The notes under the pieces were generated by a model. The model had not been told where the DNA came from. It ran no database searches and saw only the letters and a program-made list of their open reading frames with translations. From the human T2T-CHM13v2.0 reference genome, Homo sapiens, in NCBI RefSeq assembly GCF_009914755.1, contig NC_060925.1: a stretch of DNA of 64,000 bases. The stretch is one strand, 5' to 3'. Both the position numbers and the translations under genes were made by a program. Shown one piece after another: positions 60,101 to 64,000 of the stretch. Every line of letters starts with the position of its first letter. The stretch's first letter is position 1.

Positions 60101-63100
60101 TCGAATGGATTCATTGAATGGAATCAGATGGAATCATCGAATGGACTGGAATGGAATCATTGAATGGACTCGAAAGGGATCATTATTGAATGGAATTGAA
60201 TGGAATCATCGAATGGTCTCGATTGGAATCATTATCAAATGGAATCGAATGGAATCACCGAATAGAATCGAATGGAACAATCATCGAATGGACTCAAATG
60301 GAATTATCCTCCAATGGAATCGAATGGAATTATCGAATGCAATCGAATGGAATTATCGAATGCAATCGAATAGAATCATCGAATGGACTCGAATGGAATC
60401 ATCGAATGGAATGGAATGGAACAGTCAATGAACTCGAATGGAATCATCATTGAATGGAATCGAATGGAATCATCGAGTGGAATCGAATGGAATTATGATC
60501 AAATGGAATCGAATGTAATCATCATCAAATGGAATCAAAAATAACCATCATCAATTGGTATTGAATGGATTTGTCATCAAATGGAATTCAAAGGAATCAT
60601 CATCAAATGGAACCGAATGGAATCCTCATTGAATGGAAATGAAAGGGGTCATCATCTAATGGAATCGCATGGAATCATCATCAAATGGAATCGAATGGAA
60701 TCATCATCAAATGGAATCTAATGGAATCATTGAACAGAATTGAATGGAATCGTCATCGAATGAATTGAATGCAATCATCGAATGGTCTCGAATGGAATCA
60801 TCTTCTAATGGAAAGGAATGGAATCATCGCATAGAATCGAATGGAATTATCATCGAATGGAATCGAATGGTATCAACACCAAACGGAAAAAAACGGAATT
60901 ATCGAATGGAATCGAAGAGAATCTTCGAACGGACCCGAATGGAATCATCTAATGGAATGGAATGGAATAATCCATGGACTCGAATGCAATCATCATCGAA
61001 TGGAATCGAATGGAATCATCGAATGGACTCGAATGGAATAATCATTGAACGGAATCGATTGGAATCATCATCGGATGGAAACGAATGGAATCATCATCGA
61101 ATGGAAATGAAAGGAGTCATCATCTAATGGAATTGCATGGAATCATCATAAAATGGAATCGAATGGAATCAACATCAAATGGAATCAAATGGAATCATTG
61201 AACGGAATTGAATGGAATCGTCATCGAATGAATTGACTGCAATCATCCAATGGTCTCGAATGGAATCATCTTCAAATGGAATGGAATGGAATCATCGCAT
61301 AAAATCGAATGGAATTATCATCGAATGGAATCGAATGGAATCAACATCCAACGGAAAAAAACGGAATTATCGAATGGAATCGAAGAGAATCATCGAATGG
61401 ACCCGAATGGAATCATCTAATGGAATGGAATGGAATAATCCATGGACTCGAATGCAATCATCATCGAATGGAATCGAATGGAATCATCGAATGGACTCGA
61501 ATGGAATAATCATTGAACGGAATCGAATGGAATCATCATCGGATGGAAATGAATGGAATCATCATCGAATGGAATCGAATAGAATTATGGAATGAAATCC
61601 AGTGTGATCATCATCGAATGGACCCGAATGGAATCAACATCCAACGGAAGCTAATGGAATCAACATCGAATGAATCGAATGGAAACACCATCGAATTGAA
61701 ACGAATGGAATTATCATGAAATTGAAATGGATGGACTCATCATCGAATGGATTCGAATGGAATCATCGAATAAAATTGATTGAAATCATCATCCAATGGA
61801 ATCGAATGGTATCATTGAATGGAATCGAATGGAATCATCATCAGATGGAAATGAATGGAATCGTCATAGAATGGAATCGAATGGATTCATTGAATGGAAT
61901 CAGATGGAATCATCGAATGGACTGGAATGGAATCATTGAATGGACTCGAAAGGGATCATTATTGAATGGAATTGAATGGAATCATCGAATGGTCTCGATT
62001 GGAATCATTATCAAATGGAATCGAATGAAATCACCGAACAGAATCGAATGGAACAATCATCGAATGGACTCAAATGGAATTATCCTCCAATGGAATCGAA
62101 TGGAATTATCGAATGCAATCGAATGGAATTATCGAATGCAATCGAATAGAATCATCGAATGGACTCGAATGGAATCATCGAATGGAATGGAATGGAACAG
62201 TCAATGAACTCGAATGGAATCATCATTGAATGGAATCGAATGGAATCATCGAGTGGAATCGAATGGAATTATGATCAAATGGAATCGAATGTAATCATCA
62301 TCAAATGGAATCAAAAATAACCATCATCAATTGGTATTGAATGGAATTGTCATCAAATGGAATTCAAAGGAATCATCATCAAATGGAACCGAATGGAATC
62401 CTCATTGAATGGAAATGAAAGGGGTCATCATCTAATGGAATCGCATGGAATCATCATCAAATGGAATCGAATGGAATCATCATCAAATGGAATCTAATGG
62501 AATCATTGAACAGAATTGAATGGAATCGTCATCGAATTAATTGAATGCAATCATCGAATGGTCTCGAATGGAATCATCTTCTAATGGAAAGGAATGGAAT
62601 CATCGCATAGAATCGAATGGAATTATCATCGAATGGAATCGAATGGTATCAACACCAAACGGAAAAAAACGGAATTATCGAATTGAATCGAAGAGAATCT
62701 TCGAACGGACCCGAATGGAATCATCTAATGGAATGGAATGGAATAATCCATGGACTCGAATGCAATCATCATCGAATGGAATCGAATGGAATCATCGAAT
62801 GGACTCGAATGGAATAATCATTGAACGGAATCGAATGGAATCATCATCGGATGGAAACGAATGGAATCATCATCGAATGGAAATGAAAGGAGTCATCATC
62901 TAATGGAATTGCATGGAATCATCATAAAATGGAATCGAATGGAATCAACATCAAATGGAATCAAATGGAATCATTGAACGGAATTGAATGGAATCGTCAT
63001 CGAATGAATTGACTGCAATCATCCAATGGTCTCGAATGGAATCATCTTCAAATGGAATGGAATGGAATCATCGCATAGAATCGAATGGAATTATCATCGA

Positions 63101-64000
63101 ATGGAATCGAATGGAATCAACATCAAACGGAAAAAAACGGAATTATCGAATGGAATCGAAGAGAATCATCGAATGGACCCGAATGGAATCATCTAATGGA
63201 ATGGAATGGAATAATCCATGGACTCGAATGCAATCATCATCGAATGGAATCGAATGGAATCATCGAATGGACTCGAATGGAATAATCATTGAACGGAATC
63301 GAATGGAATCATCATCGGATGGAAATGAATGGAATCATCATCGAATGGAATCGAATAGAATTATGGAATGAAATCCAGTGTGATCATCATCGAATGGACC
63401 CGAATGGAATCATCATCCAACGGAAGCTAATGGAATCAACATCGAATGAATCGAATGGAAACACCATCGAATTGAAACGAATGGAATTATCATGAAATTG
63501 AAATGGATGGACTCATCATCGAATGGATTCGAATGGAATCATCGAATAAAATTGATTGAAATCATCATCCAATGGAATCGAATGGTATCATTGAATGGAA
63601 TCGAATGGAATCATCATCAGATGGAAATGAATGGAATCGTCATAGAATGGAATCGAATGGATTCATTGAATGGAATCAGATGGAATCATCGAATGGACTG
63701 GAATGGAATCATTGAATGGAATCGAAAGGGATCATAATTGAATGGAATTGAATGGAATCATCGAATGGTCTCGATTGGAATCATTATCAAATGGAATCGA
63801 ATGGAATCACCGAATAGAATCGAATGGAACAATCATCGAATGGACTCAAATGGAATTATCCTCCAATGGAATCGAATGGAATTATCGAATGCAATCGAAT
63901 GGAATTATCGAATGCAATCGAATAGAATCATCGAATGGACTCGAATGGAATCATCGAATGGAATGGAATGGAACAGTCAATGAACTCGAATGGAATCATC

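Larger units (their letters stand above)
1..64000 (+). repeat. Human Satellite II (HSat2/HSATII) tandem array, ~1.776-kb unit, GGAAT strand on +; probably chr1q12 pericentromeric heterochromatin
   Basis: Continuous GGAAT/CGAAT/CATCAT-derived sequence with dense TCGA (CpG-rich, unlike purer (GGAAT)n HSat3). The anchor ATGGAATCGTCATCGAATGAATTGAATGC recurs at 609, 2386, 4163, 5939, 7715 ... 60744 and ~62520, mostly at 1776-bp spacing (36 anchors). The 1q12 assignment rests on the known 1.77-kb unit size. Confidence 0.96.

Noticed and set aside
6-63983. About 240 short + strand ORFs (MESSSNE..., MKLKWMD..., up to 163 aa)
   Set aside because: These are translations of ATGGA-rich pentamer repeats. 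They overlap in several frames, have low complexity, contain no recognisable domain, and are freely broken by stops and frameshifts between units.
1-64000. CRISPR-like or repeat-spacer array
   Set aside because: There are no unique spacers and no cas-like genes; the intervening sequence is itself the same satellite.
1-64000. Embedded transposon, gene or other non-satellite island; strand inversion
   Set aside because: Every deviation in anchor spacing is explained by internal indels (+1, +1, -101, -1, -1, +343/-23, -468). No CATTC-oriented stretch was seen on the + strand.
1-64000. HSat3 (e.g. DYZ1, chr9), alpha satellite or telomeric repeat
   Set aside because: Pure GGAAT runs are only about three copies long and CATCATCGAAT motifs dominate. 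There is no 171-bp monomer and no TTAGGG. The 3,552-bp echo is a dimer of the 1,776-bp unit, not the DYZ1 unit.
1-64000. A strict, regular multi-unit higher-order repeat
   Set aside because: The 2-, 5- and 10-unit echoes are patchy and mosaic rather than continuous, so they are reported only as relics.

Overview
The whole 64 kb is one uninterrupted, single-orientation array of human/hominid classical Satellite II (HSat2): diverged GGAAT/CATTC pentamers in 23-26 bp motifs such as ATCATCGAATGGAATCGAATGGA. These are organised into about 36 near-identical units of 1,776 bp, each with one EcoRI site. This fits the 1.77-kb HSat2 unit of chromosome 1q12 heterochromatin; the chromosome assignment comes from prior knowledge, not from a search. 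Each unit is A(468 bp)+B(468 bp, about 97% identical to A)+C(840 bp). I see no genes, RNAs, transposons, CRISPR arrays or inversions, and all listed ORFs are by-products of the repeat. I found no new gene system. The interest lies in the record of array evolution: a 101-bp microhomology-bounded deletion, a 343-bp tandem duplication with a nearby 23-bp contraction, a 468-bp A/B collapse giving a 1,308-bp unit, an A-to-B gene-conversion tract, and shared-variant offsets of 1, 2, 3, 5 and 10 units. All coordinates and counts were read by eye.
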